Shown here piece after piece: positions 45,459-54,474 of a stretch of 58,680 nt of DNA; position 1 is the first letter of the stretch, and each line of letters starts with the position of its first letter. This stretch comes from an uncultured virus (IMG/VR IMGVR_UViG_3300027582_000004) (Duplodnaviria > Heunggongvirae > Uroviricota > Caudoviricetes): the IMG/VR virus record IMGVR_UViG_3300027582_000004; one strand, given 5' to 3'. A program made the position numbers and the translations under genes. The notes beneath the pieces were generated by a model. That model was not told the DNA's origin and did no database searches. It was given only the letters and a program-made list of their open reading frames with translations.

Positions 45459-45956
45459 ATGACAGTATATTTAGATATGGATGGAGTCATTGCAGACTTT
45501 TTTGGTAAACTTGAAGACAACTATAATGTTGATCATTGGAAATCAATTAAGAATATCACCAAGACATTGGCAGATATTGCTTGTACTGATTTCTTTTATC
45601 AGATAGAACCATTTCCAGAAACTGGTCAAATAGTTGCTCTTGTCGAAAGTCTCTCAGATGGAGATTGGGGTATCTGTTCTTCACCTCTCAGAGGCGATGA
45701 ATATAACTCTGCTTATTGGAAGCGTAAATGGTTAGAAGATACTGGCTGTATGCCACATGATCTTGAAAAACTTATCTTTACCCATGAGAAACATCTCTGG
45801 GCTATTGATCGTATTACTGGTAAGCCTAATGTCTTAATTGATGATAAGCCTAGTAATATCAATGAGTGGATAAATGCCGGTGGTATCGGTATCTTGTTCC
45901 AGTGTAATAAAGATGATGTCGAATGGTTAGAGGATGTGCTTCTATCCTATGTGTAA
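45459..45956 (+). CDS. HAD-family 5'(3')-deoxyribonucleotidase
   Basis: YLDMDGVIADF, K..W, LIDDKPSN. Confidence 0.85.
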   Translation: MTVYLDMDGVIADFFGKLEDNYNVDHWKSIKNITKTLADIACTDFFYQIEPFPETGQIVALVESLSDGDWGICSSPLRGDEYNSAYWKRKWLEDTGCMPHDLEKLIFTHEKHLWAIDRITGKPNVLIDDKPSNINEWINAGGIGILFQCNKDDVEWLEDVLLSYV

Positions 45957-46075
45957 CATTATTGTAACACTTTTGCTGTTTTTGAAATTAATTTAAAAAA
46001 AGTTAAATTAGTTGTTTACATCTGGTATTAGATGTGTTATAAGAGTTATAGAAACAATAATTAAGGAACTACATT
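45952..46075 (+). promoter_or_regulatory. TGT-N12-ACA box plus early promoter cassette
   Basis: tgtaacattattgtaaca; TTTACA(46015)-N17-TATAAG-agttatagaaacaataattaagga. Confidence 0.85.
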
Positions 46076-46315
46076 ATGTCAAAGATTATCACAGCATTAA
46101 ATAACTCAATCCGTAACGCAATCGTTAACCCAGAAAATTTAGATATCGATGGTAAGATCATCTGGAATTTTGTAGATGCTGATGCTTACCACGAGTGCTT
46201 TAAGTTTTATGCAAGCACAGAAGGCTTCTATAAAGACTTCGATAAAATCGCTCTTGAAATTCGTGCAGAGTTGCAAGAAGAAACTATGTCTAACAATTTT
46301 AGACCTCAAGTATAA
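46076..46315 (+). CDS. early hypothetical protein
   Basis: NPEN...IIWNFVDADAY. Confidence 0.75.
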   Translation: MSKIITALNNSIRNAIVNPENLDIDGKIIWNFVDADAYHECFKFYASTEGFYKDFDKIALEIRAELQEETMSNNFRPQV

Positions 46316-46343
46316 AAAACTTTTAAAAAGGCGATAATAATAC

Positions 46344-46372
46344 TTTACATCGCCTTTCTTATATGCTATACT
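46344..46372 (+). promoter_or_regulatory. early promoter
   Basis: TTTACA-N17-TATACT; inverted repeat aaaggcgat/atcgccttt around the -35. Confidence 0.75.
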
Positions 46373-46401
46373 ACTTAAAGAAACAACATTGGAGATTACA
46401 T

Positions 46402-46671
46402 ATGACTATGACAGCAACTCAAAAAGCAGATCGTTTGGCCCTAATTAAAAAGATTGGTGATCGCCGTAACAAAATGGCTAAGATCAAAGCCAACTCTGCT
46501 CGCACTATGCAAAATGTAAAGCATACTAATATCAAGCCTAAGCGTAAGTCTGTGGAAGCTCCTAAAGAAACCCACAACATTTATCAGTGGACTGATGCTT
46601 CTAAGTATGCTGCTGAGTATTATGGCGAGACATTGTATCACACAACGAAATTCGATAACGATTGGGATTAA
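46402..46671 (+). CDS. early hypothetical protein
   Basis: SD GGAG before MTMTATQK. Confidence 0.7.
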   Translation: MTMTATQKADRLALIKKIGDRRNKMAKIKANSARTMQNVKHTNIKPKRKSVEAPKETHNIYQWTDASKYAAEYYGETLYHTTKFDNDWD

Positions 46672-46698
46672 TTTAGTTTAGTTAATTGTTATCGAAAA

Positions 46699-46935
46699 AC
46701 CTATCAAGCATGTACAAGTTCTGATAGGTGGGTATAGACAGCTGGTACCGAATAGAAACCCAGACGTTGGCTGCTAACGATAATGCAGATAAGGGGAGAG
46801 GTTCTGCAGTAAGCCTCTCCCACGAAAACTATTTTAACTAGCGTCTGGTACGGAGGGCATTCTTTCTATCAAAGGGTTATTGCCTAAAAGTACACTTCCT
46901 TGTAGTTGTTTCTCAGGCGCTACTTTAAATAGTTT
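46699..46935 (+). ncRNA. candidate structured RNA (ncRNA or cis-regulatory leader)
   Basis: Several hairpins and a long closing helix in a ~270-nt intergenic gap; family not recognised. Confidence 0.45.
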
Positions 46936-46945
46936 GGAGATTTAT

Positions 46946-47275
46946 ATGAGTATGCACATGATACAGGGCGTTCAGGTCCATGGTAAATCTAAGAAGAAAA
47001 AAGCACCAGGTTGGAAACAACGTGCAGCTGACCATGAAGCCTTTCTAAAAAAGATGGGTGTTGGTAAAGTTAAGGCTGATGCTGGTAATTCTATTCCAAA
47101 TTATAACACTGGTCCTAGAATGACTTCTGATAAGGTTGCTGGTAATGGTACTAAGAAAGATGCCACACAATATACTGGTGATTATATTATCGGTATTGGT
47201 CAGATGCATAAGTCTAATGGTGTTCCTATTACTCGTAAAGAGGATGCTGTTGCTATAGCAAATATGCGCCGTTAA
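46946..47275 (+). CDS. conserved T4-like hypothetical protein
   Basis: YTGDYIIGIGQMHKSNGVP...IANMRR; SD GGAG. Confidence 0.75.
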   Translation: MSMHMIQGVQVHGKSKKKKAPGWKQRAADHEAFLKKMGVGKVKADAGNSIPNYNTGPRMTSDKVAGNGTKKDATQYTGDYIIGIGQMHKSNGVPITRKEDAVAIANMRR

Positions 47276-47508
47276 TGTTTACGATAGAACATGAGGAAGA
47301 CGAAACTATCATTACTATCCTAGATGAGGAAGGCGAACTTGAAGATGTTGGTATTCTGATGTGGGATGATAGAGTATATATTCGTCAGTGGAATGATTAC
47401 CGACACAGATTTGATTTAATTGCCATGAATGCAGGTATGTACTATAAGTTAATGCAAGCATGGACTCTGCCGGAAGGCGCATATGTTATAGAAAGGAAAA
47501 ACGTATGA
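47275..47508 (+). CDS. hypothetical protein
   Basis: TAATG coupling. Confidence 0.65.
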   Translation: MFTIEHEEDETIITILDEEGELEDVGILMWDDRVYIRQWNDYRHRFDLIAMNAGMYYKLMQAWTLPEGAYVIERKNV

Positions 47509-47762
47509 TTACTAGAAGTGAAATGATTGAACAGTTAAGCACAAGCACTTGCCGTGTTGTCTTTAAAAAGGTAAATGGTGACGAACGTGATATGCAGTGT
47601 ACTCTCCGAGAGGATATTATTCCTGCTGCAACTAAAGATGAACCTATTACACAGAAAAAGGTTCGTAATATTAATGAAGAGGTTCTTCCTGTCTATGATA
47701 TTAATGCTGAGGGCTGGCGCTCTTTCCGTGTTGAGAATGTAGTCTCATTTGACTGTGTATAA
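47505..47762 (+). CDS. WYL_2/Sm-like SH3 beta-barrel protein
   Basis: VVFKKVNGDERDMQCTL...VYDINAEGWRSFR. Confidence 0.75.
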   Translation: MITRSEMIEQLSTSTCRVVFKKVNGDERDMQCTLREDIIPAATKDEPITQKKVRNINEEVLPVYDINAEGWRSFRVENVVSFDCV

Positions 47763-47783
47763 ATAACACTAAAGGAGAATTAT

Positions 47784-47993
47784 ATGTGGATTGATCCCGT
47801 AGTTATAAACTGGTTATTCTTTGGTGGCTCTGCTTTCATTGGTTATATGATTGGAAAGCTATGGGGAGTTGGCGAACGAGATGTTATAGTCGGCGACACA
47901 ATCACATATCTCTGCGAGCAAGGATATATAAAACATCGTTACATTGATGACGGTGAAGAGATTGAAATTATCCTTCTCGACGAAAAAAAATAA
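47784..47993 (+). CDS. small membrane protein
   Basis: TATAAATA at 47758, SD AAGGAG, N-terminal TM. Confidence 0.65.
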   Translation: MWIDPVVINWLFFGGSAFIGYMIGKLWGVGERDVIVGDTITYLCEQGYIKHRYIDDGEEIEIILLDEKK

Positions 47994-48012
47994 AAAATAA
48001 CGAAAATAATGC

Positions 48013-48041
48013 TTTACATCTGTAATTGGATGTGTTATAAT
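48013..48041 (+). promoter_or_regulatory. early promoter
   Basis: TTTACA-N17-TATAAT. Confidence 0.85.
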
Positions 48042-48068
48042 ACTTATATCAAATGAAGGAGATTTGTT

Positions 48069-48569
48069 ATGGTTAAAGAAGTAAAGCGTAAGAAGTTTAA
48101 GAAAGCTCGTAAACCAATGTCTGCCGAGAATAAAGCAGCAGCTATTGCAAGATTAGCAGAAGCACGTGAGAAACGTATGGCAGCTAATCCGCCTACCTTT
48201 AAGAACATTCATGAGAGTGTATTAAATCGTAGTGAAGATGACATCTTTTACTTCCGTAAGGTCCAGAAATGGATTAAAACTCAAAAAGAGTTGGTTGCAT
48301 CAGCACGACAAGAAGTTCGTAAGAATGTAAAAGGTGCTGAGAGTAAATTGGCCAATCGTCAGAAGTACGTCAGTAACTTGGAAAAGTTTTTACGTGACGG
48401 AGTATTTGTTGATATGTTCTATGGTGAGCATGGAGAACATAAAATTAAATATCGTTGCATTAAGCCATCCTTTGATAAAGATGGTATGATCAAGCGAACT
48501 CATGGAGTATTTTATAATGATATTGGAACAATCTATCTCGGAGAAAACACTGTCTATGCCAGTGCCTGA
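48069..48569 (+). CDS. conserved hypothetical protein upstream of gp33
   Basis: SD AAGGAG; basic N-terminus. Confidence 0.7.
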   Translation: MVKEVKRKKFKKARKPMSAENKAAAIARLAEAREKRMAANPPTFKNIHESVLNRSEDDIFYFRKVQKWIKTQKELVASARQEVRKNVKGAESKLANRQKYVSNLEKFLRDGVFVDMFYGEHGEHKIKYRCIKPSFDKDGMIKRTHGVFYNDIGTIYLGENTVYASA

Positions 48570-48798
48570 TAAACCAAACTTCCTAAATAAATCTGGCTTC
48601 TCAACTCTTGTTGAGAAAGCCGTATTCAAGAAAAAAATATCCTATATGGAAGCAATACTTCTTATCTGTGATAAGAACAATATTGAACCAGAGGATGTTA
48701 AGAAATTTCTCAACGGTGTTATCGTTGAGAAAGTAGAGGCAGAAGCTATGAATTTGAACTTCTTACCTCGGCAGAATATGTTAATCTTTGAAGATTAA
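48556..48798 (+). CDS. 33: late promoter transcription coactivator gp33
   Basis: FSTLVEK...ISYMEAILLICDKNNIEPE...KVEAEAMNLNFL. Confidence 0.85.
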   Translation: MPVPDKPNFLNKSGFSTLVEKAVFKKKISYMEAILLICDKNNIEPEDVKKFLNGVIVEKVEAEAMNLNFLPRQNMLIFED

Positions 48799-48801
48799 GG
48801 G

Positions 48802-48830
48802 TTTACATTCTGCCTAATTTATGTTATGAT
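48802..48830 (+). promoter_or_regulatory. promoter for gene 32
   Basis: TTTACA-N17-TATGAT. Confidence 0.65.
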
Positions 48831-48867
48831 ATTACAGTACACTTCAGCAAATATAAAGGAAATATAA

Positions 48868-49782
48868 ATGTCTTTTGCAAATCTAAAACGTAATAAATCA
48901 AACATCTCCAAACTTATCCAAGCAGCAGAAAGTGCTGGTGGTGGTAATGAAAAGAAATCATATGGAGATGATCGTCTGTGGAAGCCCACTGTGGATAAAG
49001 CAGGAAATGGTTTTGCTATTCTCCGTTTTTTACCGGCAGCAGAGGGAGCCGAACTACCATGGGTCCGTTATTGGGATCATGGGTTCAAGGGCCCTACAGG
49101 TCAATGGTACATTGAGAAGTCTTTGACTTCAATTGGCCAACAAGACCCTGTCTCTGAGCATAACTCAGAGCTGTGGAACACTGGTATCGAAGCGAACAAA
49201 GATACTGTTCGTAGACAGAAACGGCGTTTACACTATGTGGTTAATGCACTTGTTGTATCTGATCCAGCTAACCCTCAGAACGAGGGTAAAGTAATGCTTT
49301 ATCAGTTCGGTAAGAAAATCTTTGATAAGATCATGGATGTAATGCAACCACAATTTCAGGATGAAGATCCTATCAACCCATTTGATTTCTGGGCTGGTGC
49401 AAACTTTAAACTCAAGATCCGTCAAGTAGAAGGTTATCGTAATTATGATAAGTCAGAGTTTGCCTCAGGTACTGCTCTATCTCAAGATGATGACGAGCTG
49501 GAGGGTTACTACAACTCTATGCATGATCTAACTGAGTTTACTGATGCTAAGAACTATAAGACATACGATGAGCTAAAAACCAAACTTGATCGTGTTCTTG
49601 GTAATCAAACCATGACTACAGCAGCGGCAGTCTCCTTGGATACCGCAGAACCAGCACCAGTCATGGCTAGTATGGAAGCAACTTCTCCTTCAGAAACTAT
49701 TGCTCCTACTACAGCTGCAGAGATGTCGGAAGACAATGATGACACTATGTCCTACTTTGCTAAACTTGCAGCTGAAGGTTAA
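48868..49782 (+). CDS. 32: single-stranded DNA-binding protein gp32
   Basis: DDRLWKP, GNGFAILRFLP, FGKKIFDKI, GANFKLKIR, acidic tail. Confidence 0.95.
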   Translation: MSFANLKRNKSNISKLIQAAESAGGGNEKKSYGDDRLWKPTVDKAGNGFAILRFLPAAEGAELPWVRYWDHGFKGPTGQWYIEKSLTSIGQQDPVSEHNSELWNTGIEANKDTVRRQKRRLHYVVNALVVSDPANPQNEGKVMLYQFGKKIFDKIMDVMQPQFQDEDPINPFDFWAGANFKLKIRQVEGYRNYDKSEFASGTALSQDDDELEGYYNSMHDLTEFTDAKNYKTYDELKTKLDRVLGNQTMTTAAAVSLDTAEPAPVMASMEATSPSETIAPTTAAEMSEDNDDTMSYFAKLAAEG

Positions 49783-49807
49783 TAACTAAGACCATTGTTA
49801 TTATGAG

Positions 49808-49832
49808 AAAGGGAGCTTCGGCTCCCTTTTTT
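49808..49832. terminator. bidirectional terminator between convergent genes
   Basis: aaagggagc-ttcg-gctcccttttt. Confidence 0.9.
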
Positions 49833-51849
49833 ACATGAATCGTTGGTATTCATTTGACCAACCAATTGCTTCATCTGCAGTGGCTACAGAAGAACCTTTT
49901 TCATTCTGAATGTTTATCTGTTTAGCGCCTTCTATGTTTGTAACTACTGAAGATGCATCAACAATATTAGCGCCTGCTTGAGCTCGTTTTTCTCTTATTT
50001 CGCTTACTACTGCGTCTAATGTTTTCATAGCTGGTTCTAATTGTTTTTCTACATCTGATATAGGCTCAGCTGTTGGTACTGGTGGTACTTGTACACCTAA
50101 TGCCTTATATAAACCATCGACACCTTCCTTAAGTGTTTTTAAATCTTCAGCTTTAAGATTTTTAAGACCTCCACCAAAGTCAGCAACAACACCTCTATCA
50201 GTACCAAGGATACCTGATAACCAGTTTTGTGTACCATCCATAACTTTACCACCATTAATAAGAGCAGGTAAAACATTAAGCACAAAACCTAAATCATTAA
50301 CCATTGAAGCCATATTTTTTCCAAAATTGCCTACAGATCCAATTGACGCAATATTGCTAAATGATGTAAATAATTTATCAAGGGCTTCACTTAATGTATT
50401 GGCATTTGTAATAGTGTTCTCGTTTAATGATTCAAGAGGAGCCATTGCTTTTAAAATGTTTGCTATTGGTCCTGTGGCTTCTGTGGTTTCTTCTTTACCT
50501 GTAATCCAATTCCATACATTTTTAAGTGCAGTAAGACCTGCGTCACCTAGACTGGTAACAGTACCTAGACCTTGGGCTCCAAAAAACTTAAACATAGCAC
50601 CGCCCATGGCACTAATAGCACCAGCAGCAGCAGTAACCTTTTCGGCATTAATCTCACCTAACTCTGTTAGTGATGCAGCCATACTTTTAGCAGTGGCTCT
50701 TAAACCCTCACCATTGGAATCTCCAGTTAGATATGCGGTAACGCCATCTACAGCCGCAAAGCCAGCAAAGAATGCACCAATTGCAGCACCAATACCAAAG
50801 GTTACCATATTAGCACCTACGACAGCTCCACCAGCAGCCAATAATCCACCACCAGTTCCACCAGCAACAGCACCTAAGATCCCACCAGCGGCTATGAGAG
50901 GTGTGATCCATGTCATATCTTTAAATACTTCAAGGGTTCCTTTTAAATTCTCTGCCACTTTCTTAATTGTGCTGCCGTCGCCTATCTTTTCTGTTCCTGA
51001 ATCAACTGCAGCAAAGCCAGCGAAGAAAGAACCAAGTGCTGCACCAATACCAAAGGTAACCATATTAGAGCCAATCATTCCACTGGCGCCTCTTACTAGA
51101 CCTAAAGCACCACGTCTACCACCACCTACTGCAGCGCCTAGAAGACCACCGGCTCCAACTAAACCTCCAAGAGCAAGCCCAACATTATCCTTTGTAAAGA
51201 TAGAGATTGTATCATAGATATTTTTAGCAATAATTGGTAAGTTAGCACCATTAGATCCAGTCTTTTCTATTGCAAAGTCTGCTACACTAAAGCCTGTAAG
51301 AAAAGCACCTAGACCAAAACCCATAGCACCCATACCAATAGCTGCATATCCAGTCCTTCTAGGTCCAGCAACAGCACCGAATAATGCACCACCAGCTAAC
51401 AAAGCACCAAACTTTAACATCTCTGGTGCAGCAAAGGCTTTAAGACCCTCGGCTGTATTAATCATCAAGTTTTTTATATTCTCGCCGCCACTATCTGCAG
51501 CAAACTTGCCCATGATAGCCTCAGCTCCAGCCATACCTAAGAAGAATGCACCAATGCCAGCACCCATAACTCCAAGACCTTTGGCTGCAGCACCTACACC
51601 AAAACCAGCTAATGGGCTTGCAAGACCTTTAAGTAAACTATTTTGTTTTTTCTCTTGTGGTTCTGCAGCTGGTGTCGACTCTGCTTTAGCCTGATATGCT
51701 GTTTTCTTGGCTTCTCTATCTTTTTCTAACTGATCAAGCCTACTACGTTCTTGAGTCTTAAACCATTTTTCAAAACTGTCAGCTACACGTTCCGTGGCTA
51801 CACGTGAGCCTCGGACTTCTTTTGCTAGATCATTGAGCGATGATGCCAT
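49831..51849 (-). CDS. tape measure / baseplate hub gp29-like protein
   Basis: 672 aa, Ala/Gly-rich repeated hydrophobic units (GAFFAGFAAVD); lies downstream of gp26/gp51. Confidence 0.7.
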   Translation of the reverse strand: MASSLNDLAKEVRGSRVATERVADSFEKWFKTQERSRLDQLEKDREAKKTAYQAKAESTPAAEPQEKKQNSLLKGLASPLAGFGVGAAAKGLGVMGAGIGAFFLGMAGAEAIMGKFAADSGGENIKNLMINTAEGLKAFAAPEMLKFGALLAGGALFGAVAGPRRTGYAAIGMGAMGFGLGAFLTGFSVADFAIEKTGSNGANLPIIAKNIYDTISIFTKDNVGLALGGLVGAGGLLGAAVGGGRRGALGLVRGASGMIGSNMVTFGIGAALGSFFAGFAAVDSGTEKIGDGSTIKKVAENLKGTLEVFKDMTWITPLIAAGGILGAVAGGTGGGLLAAGGAVVGANMVTFGIGAAIGAFFAGFAAVDGVTAYLTGDSNGEGLRATAKSMAASLTELGEINAEKVTAAAGAISAMGGAMFKFFGAQGLGTVTSLGDAGLTALKNVWNWITGKEETTEATGPIANILKAMAPLESLNENTITNANTLSEALDKLFTSFSNIASIGSVGNFGKNMASMVNDLGFVLNVLPALINGGKVMDGTQNWLSGILGTDRGVVADFGGGLKNLKAEDLKTLKEGVDGLYKALGVQVPPVPTAEPISDVEKQLEPAMKTLDAVVSEIREKRAQAGANIVDASSVVTNIEGAKQINIQNEKGSSVATADEAIGWSNEYQRFM

Positions 51850-51850
51850 T

Positions 51851-52033
51851 TTACTTATTCCGTTCCGCTTCTTGTTTTTGTTCTTTTAACCAATTAGTCA
51901 GCATTCCCAAATAAACTTCTCTTTCCCATGGTATCATTTGGTCTATCTCTGTCAAACTATATTTGTGATGCTGCATTAGGGCAAAGTTTGTTTGGTAGTA
52001 TGCAACAAGACTATTATGAGACAGACCTATGAG
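51851..52033 (-). CDS. 51: gp51-like baseplate hub assembly chaperone frame, probably reached by -1 frameshift from gp26
   Basis: LSHNSLVAYYQTNFALMQHHKYSLTEIDQMIPWEREVY; absent from the ORF track. Confidence 0.8.
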   Translation of the reverse strand, partial: LIGLSHNSLVAYYQTNFALMQHHKYSLTEIDQMIPWEREVYLGMLTNWLKEQKQEAERNK

Positions 52034-52734
52034 AAAAAAGCTTGTATCCCTGATAAAATTCTTTCATTGTCTTTATTACAACTATCACAAGTCCAATTCA
52101 TAGTATGTTTCATGGTAGGAACACCTTCAACATATTCTCTAATCTTAGTAAACTGTTCACTATTCATAGAGTCAATAAAGGCATCCACGTCAGCTTGACT
52201 TTCGTCTTTCATTTCTGTTCTTGAATCTTCGGTAAGAACAGCCTTAACACATGATCTCATCATAGCAAATGCAACTTCTGATTCTGTTTGTTCTGAATTA
52301 GTTTCTGCTTTAATTGTTTGGTATGAAGGGTATTCTAATTCAATTGAAATATCATCTGTAAGTGGTACCATATTTGGAACATCTCCACCTTCCATAACAA
52401 TATTATCAACATTTAATTTATATTCTGTTTTACCCTCACAGTGTTCACAGATAGCATTGATTTGAATTGTTTCACCAACTGACTTACCTCTGAGTTGAGT
52501 AAACAAATATTCAATATCAAAAGATGTAAGATTATTCTTGTCAATCTTACCCATCGAACATGTTTCAATAGTTTCTGCAATAGCAGATAACATTTCTCTT
52601 TCATCATTTGTCTCAAGTGCAATTAAGAGAACCTTTTCTTCTTTCACAAGAAAGGGTCTAAATCGTTCTGTCTTCTTTGTCGAAGGGATAATAAGATCAA
52701 ACTTAGGTTGATCATTTAGTTTAGGTAGTGCCAT
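52027..52734 (-). CDS. 26: baseplate hub assembly protein gp26
   Basis: MALPKL, FRPFLVKEEKVLL, FDIEYLFTQLRGKSVGE, two CxxC, GIQAFF. Confidence 0.9.
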   Translation of the reverse strand: MALPKLNDQPKFDLIIPSTKKTERFRPFLVKEEKVLLIALETNDEREMLSAIAETIETCSMGKIDKNNLTSFDIEYLFTQLRGKSVGETIQINAICEHCEGKTEYKLNVDNIVMEGGDVPNMVPLTDDISIELEYPSYQTIKAETNSEQTESEVAFAMMRSCVKAVLTEDSRTEMKDESQADVDAFIDSMNSEQFTKIREYVEGVPTMKHTMNWTCDSCNKDNERILSGIQAFFS

Positions 52735-52745
52735 TATTTACTCCA

Positions 52746-53342
52746 TTAAATAGATTCCCAGTTGTCGTAAGACATCTGGACGTTTAGTTCAAGCAATCCG
52801 TTTTGCTCATTGTTAAGTTGTAAAGCATTCATAGTTGTTGGGAATGCTCGTCTCAGTCTACATTTATAAATTTCTATATCGGTTCTGATACTTAGATCAA
52901 ACATCTCGGCAAGCGAATTAGCACTTAGATCAATGTTGAAGTTAATATCTATACCATCTTTTTTTCTTTTGGCAAGCTGTGTGATCATAATATCTCTACA
53001 ATAATCATCTTTGTATTTAATGCCTTGTGTGTCAAAATTAATAATCATTTTCTGCCATGCTTCAAAGTATTCTTTTATGCCATAATCATTTAAGAGTAAG
53101 AATGTCATAGCAACATCTTCCTCACCATATGCATAGGCAACTTTCTTAGGCTTCATACCGATAACACGCTCTTGTGTTATAATCTGTCTGCCTGGAAGTT
53201 GTACATCTTTACATAAAACATTTAACTCACGAGAGCTTTGTACACCAGGCAATGGAGGTAGATGTACCTTCCACATATTAGCTTGAGCTATACCGCCTTT
53301 TCGTGATATAAGAGATTTTAATTGTTCTACGTTATAGCTCAT
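52746..53342 (-). CDS. tail tube-like protein (gp54/gp19 family)
   Basis: CKDVQLPG, YFEAWQ, AFPTTMNALQL, VQMSY. Confidence 0.7.
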   Translation of the reverse strand: MSYNVEQLKSLISRKGGIAQANMWKVHLPPLPGVQSSRELNVLCKDVQLPGRQIITQERVIGMKPKKVAYAYGEEDVAMTFLLLNDYGIKEYFEAWQKMIINFDTQGIKYKDDYCRDIMITQLAKRKKDGIDINFNIDLSANSLAEMFDLSIRTDIEIYKCRLRRAFPTTMNALQLNNEQNGLLELNVQMSYDNWESI

Positions 53343-53923
53343 ACCATTTTCCTTGAATCTCTATAAACTTGTGTACTTGATGATTTCTTCCATTGAGCCA
53401 TAGGTAAGAATGTGGCGATCTCCCATTCAGCTGCTGGTACCATAGAGAATTGAGACCGGACTTGAGATGTAAGATATTGTTTAAAGCAAGGCTTAAAGAG
53501 TGAATGCTTAGATGAGTTATTTAAAACATCATAACTAAGTCTTAACTTGGTAGATGCATTATACTTATCATTAGATTTTAGATCAATTAATGATCCTAGT
53601 AATTTAGCTCGTAGTGTTGGTGGCAAATAATGTAGATTTAAACCAGTAAAACCACCCTTGGCATCACCAACAATAAAGACAAGAGGGAACTGATCGTAGT
53701 ATGGTAGTGTATCTTTATGCTTTGGATCATAGAAGAACATATACATGTTACCAATAACACTTTTACTACCTTGTATTACCTCATTACTTTTCATCAGCTG
53801 TTCGCGATTAACCCTACGAATGTTTCTTGCACGTTGACGAAACCACTCACGAGACTGATCTGTCCTTGGTGTAATGCCAGCTTTAAATGCTTCGATTTCT
53901 AGGTTTTGGAATAGTTTACTCAT
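53339..53923 (-). CDS. 2: DNA end protector gp2
   Basis: YDPKHKDTLPYYDQFPLV, GLNLHYLPP; minus-strand TATAAATA at 53929-53936. Confidence 0.9.
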   Translation of the reverse strand: MSKLFQNLEIEAFKAGITPRTDQSREWFRQRARNIRRVNREQLMKSNEVIQGSKSVIGNMYMFFYDPKHKDTLPYYDQFPLVFIVGDAKGGFTGLNLHYLPPTLRAKLLGSLIDLKSNDKYNASTKLRLSYDVLNNSSKHSLFKPCFKQYLTSQVRSQFSMVPAAEWEIATFLPMAQWKKSSSTQVYRDSRKMV

Positions 53924-53936
53924 AATGTTATTTATA

Positions 53937-54419
53937 TCACTTTTTCTTCTTGCGTGAATATGGTTTTAGTTTCTTAGTAGATTTAGGCTTTATGCCCATG
54001 GATTCTAAAGTGTTCTCTGTCCAAATCTGAAAACCCCACCCACGATCTGCTGCGAACGTCTGGGCAGCACTCCACTTGTTCATATTCTTTACATAGGTCA
54101 TACCCTCGGTAATATACCTTTTGGTCTTTCTACCTTTAAATTCTGGTGGTTTGGTTTCTTTTTCTGGTTTAATCTCAATTAGATCAACCTTACCAGTCTT
54201 CCATGTTATCTTTAGATCCATAAAGTACCTATGATACTTCTTATCAACTTCATAGAAGTATGGTATTACTACCTCTTCACTAGACCAGTTCTTAACCATA
54301 GGGTTCTCGTCACACCATTTAAAGCAATGTCTTTCCCACATGGATCTGTAGATTACTTTTGTATGATCACCTTTATACTTTGCTGGGTTTTTTGGTTTAT
54401 ATTTACCAGAGTATGCCAT
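53937..54419 (-). CDS. 4: head completion nuclease gp4
   Basis: MAYSGKYKPKNPAKYKGD, YRSMWE, WSSEE, HRYFMD, IEIKP. Confidence 0.92.
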   Translation of the reverse strand: MAYSGKYKPKNPAKYKGDHTKVIYRSMWERHCFKWCDENPMVKNWSSEEVVIPYFYEVDKKYHRYFMDLKITWKTGKVDLIEIKPEKETKPPEFKGRKTKRYITEGMTYVKNMNKWSAAQTFAADRGWGFQIWTENTLESMGIKPKSTKKLKPYSRKKKK

Positions 54420-54428
54420 AATTTACCT

Positions 54429-54463
54429 TATAAATAATAATGAAAACTTCTACTCTATTTATT
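54429..54463. promoter_or_regulatory. divergent late promoters
   Basis: TATAAATA on + at 54429; AATAAATA on - at 54456-54463. Confidence 0.65.
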
Positions 54464-54474
54464 AGGTATTTACA

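Noticed and set aside
50327..51217. 296-aa plus-strand ORF
   Set aside because: Antisense shadow of the Ala/Gly-rich tape-measure gene; no SD or motifs
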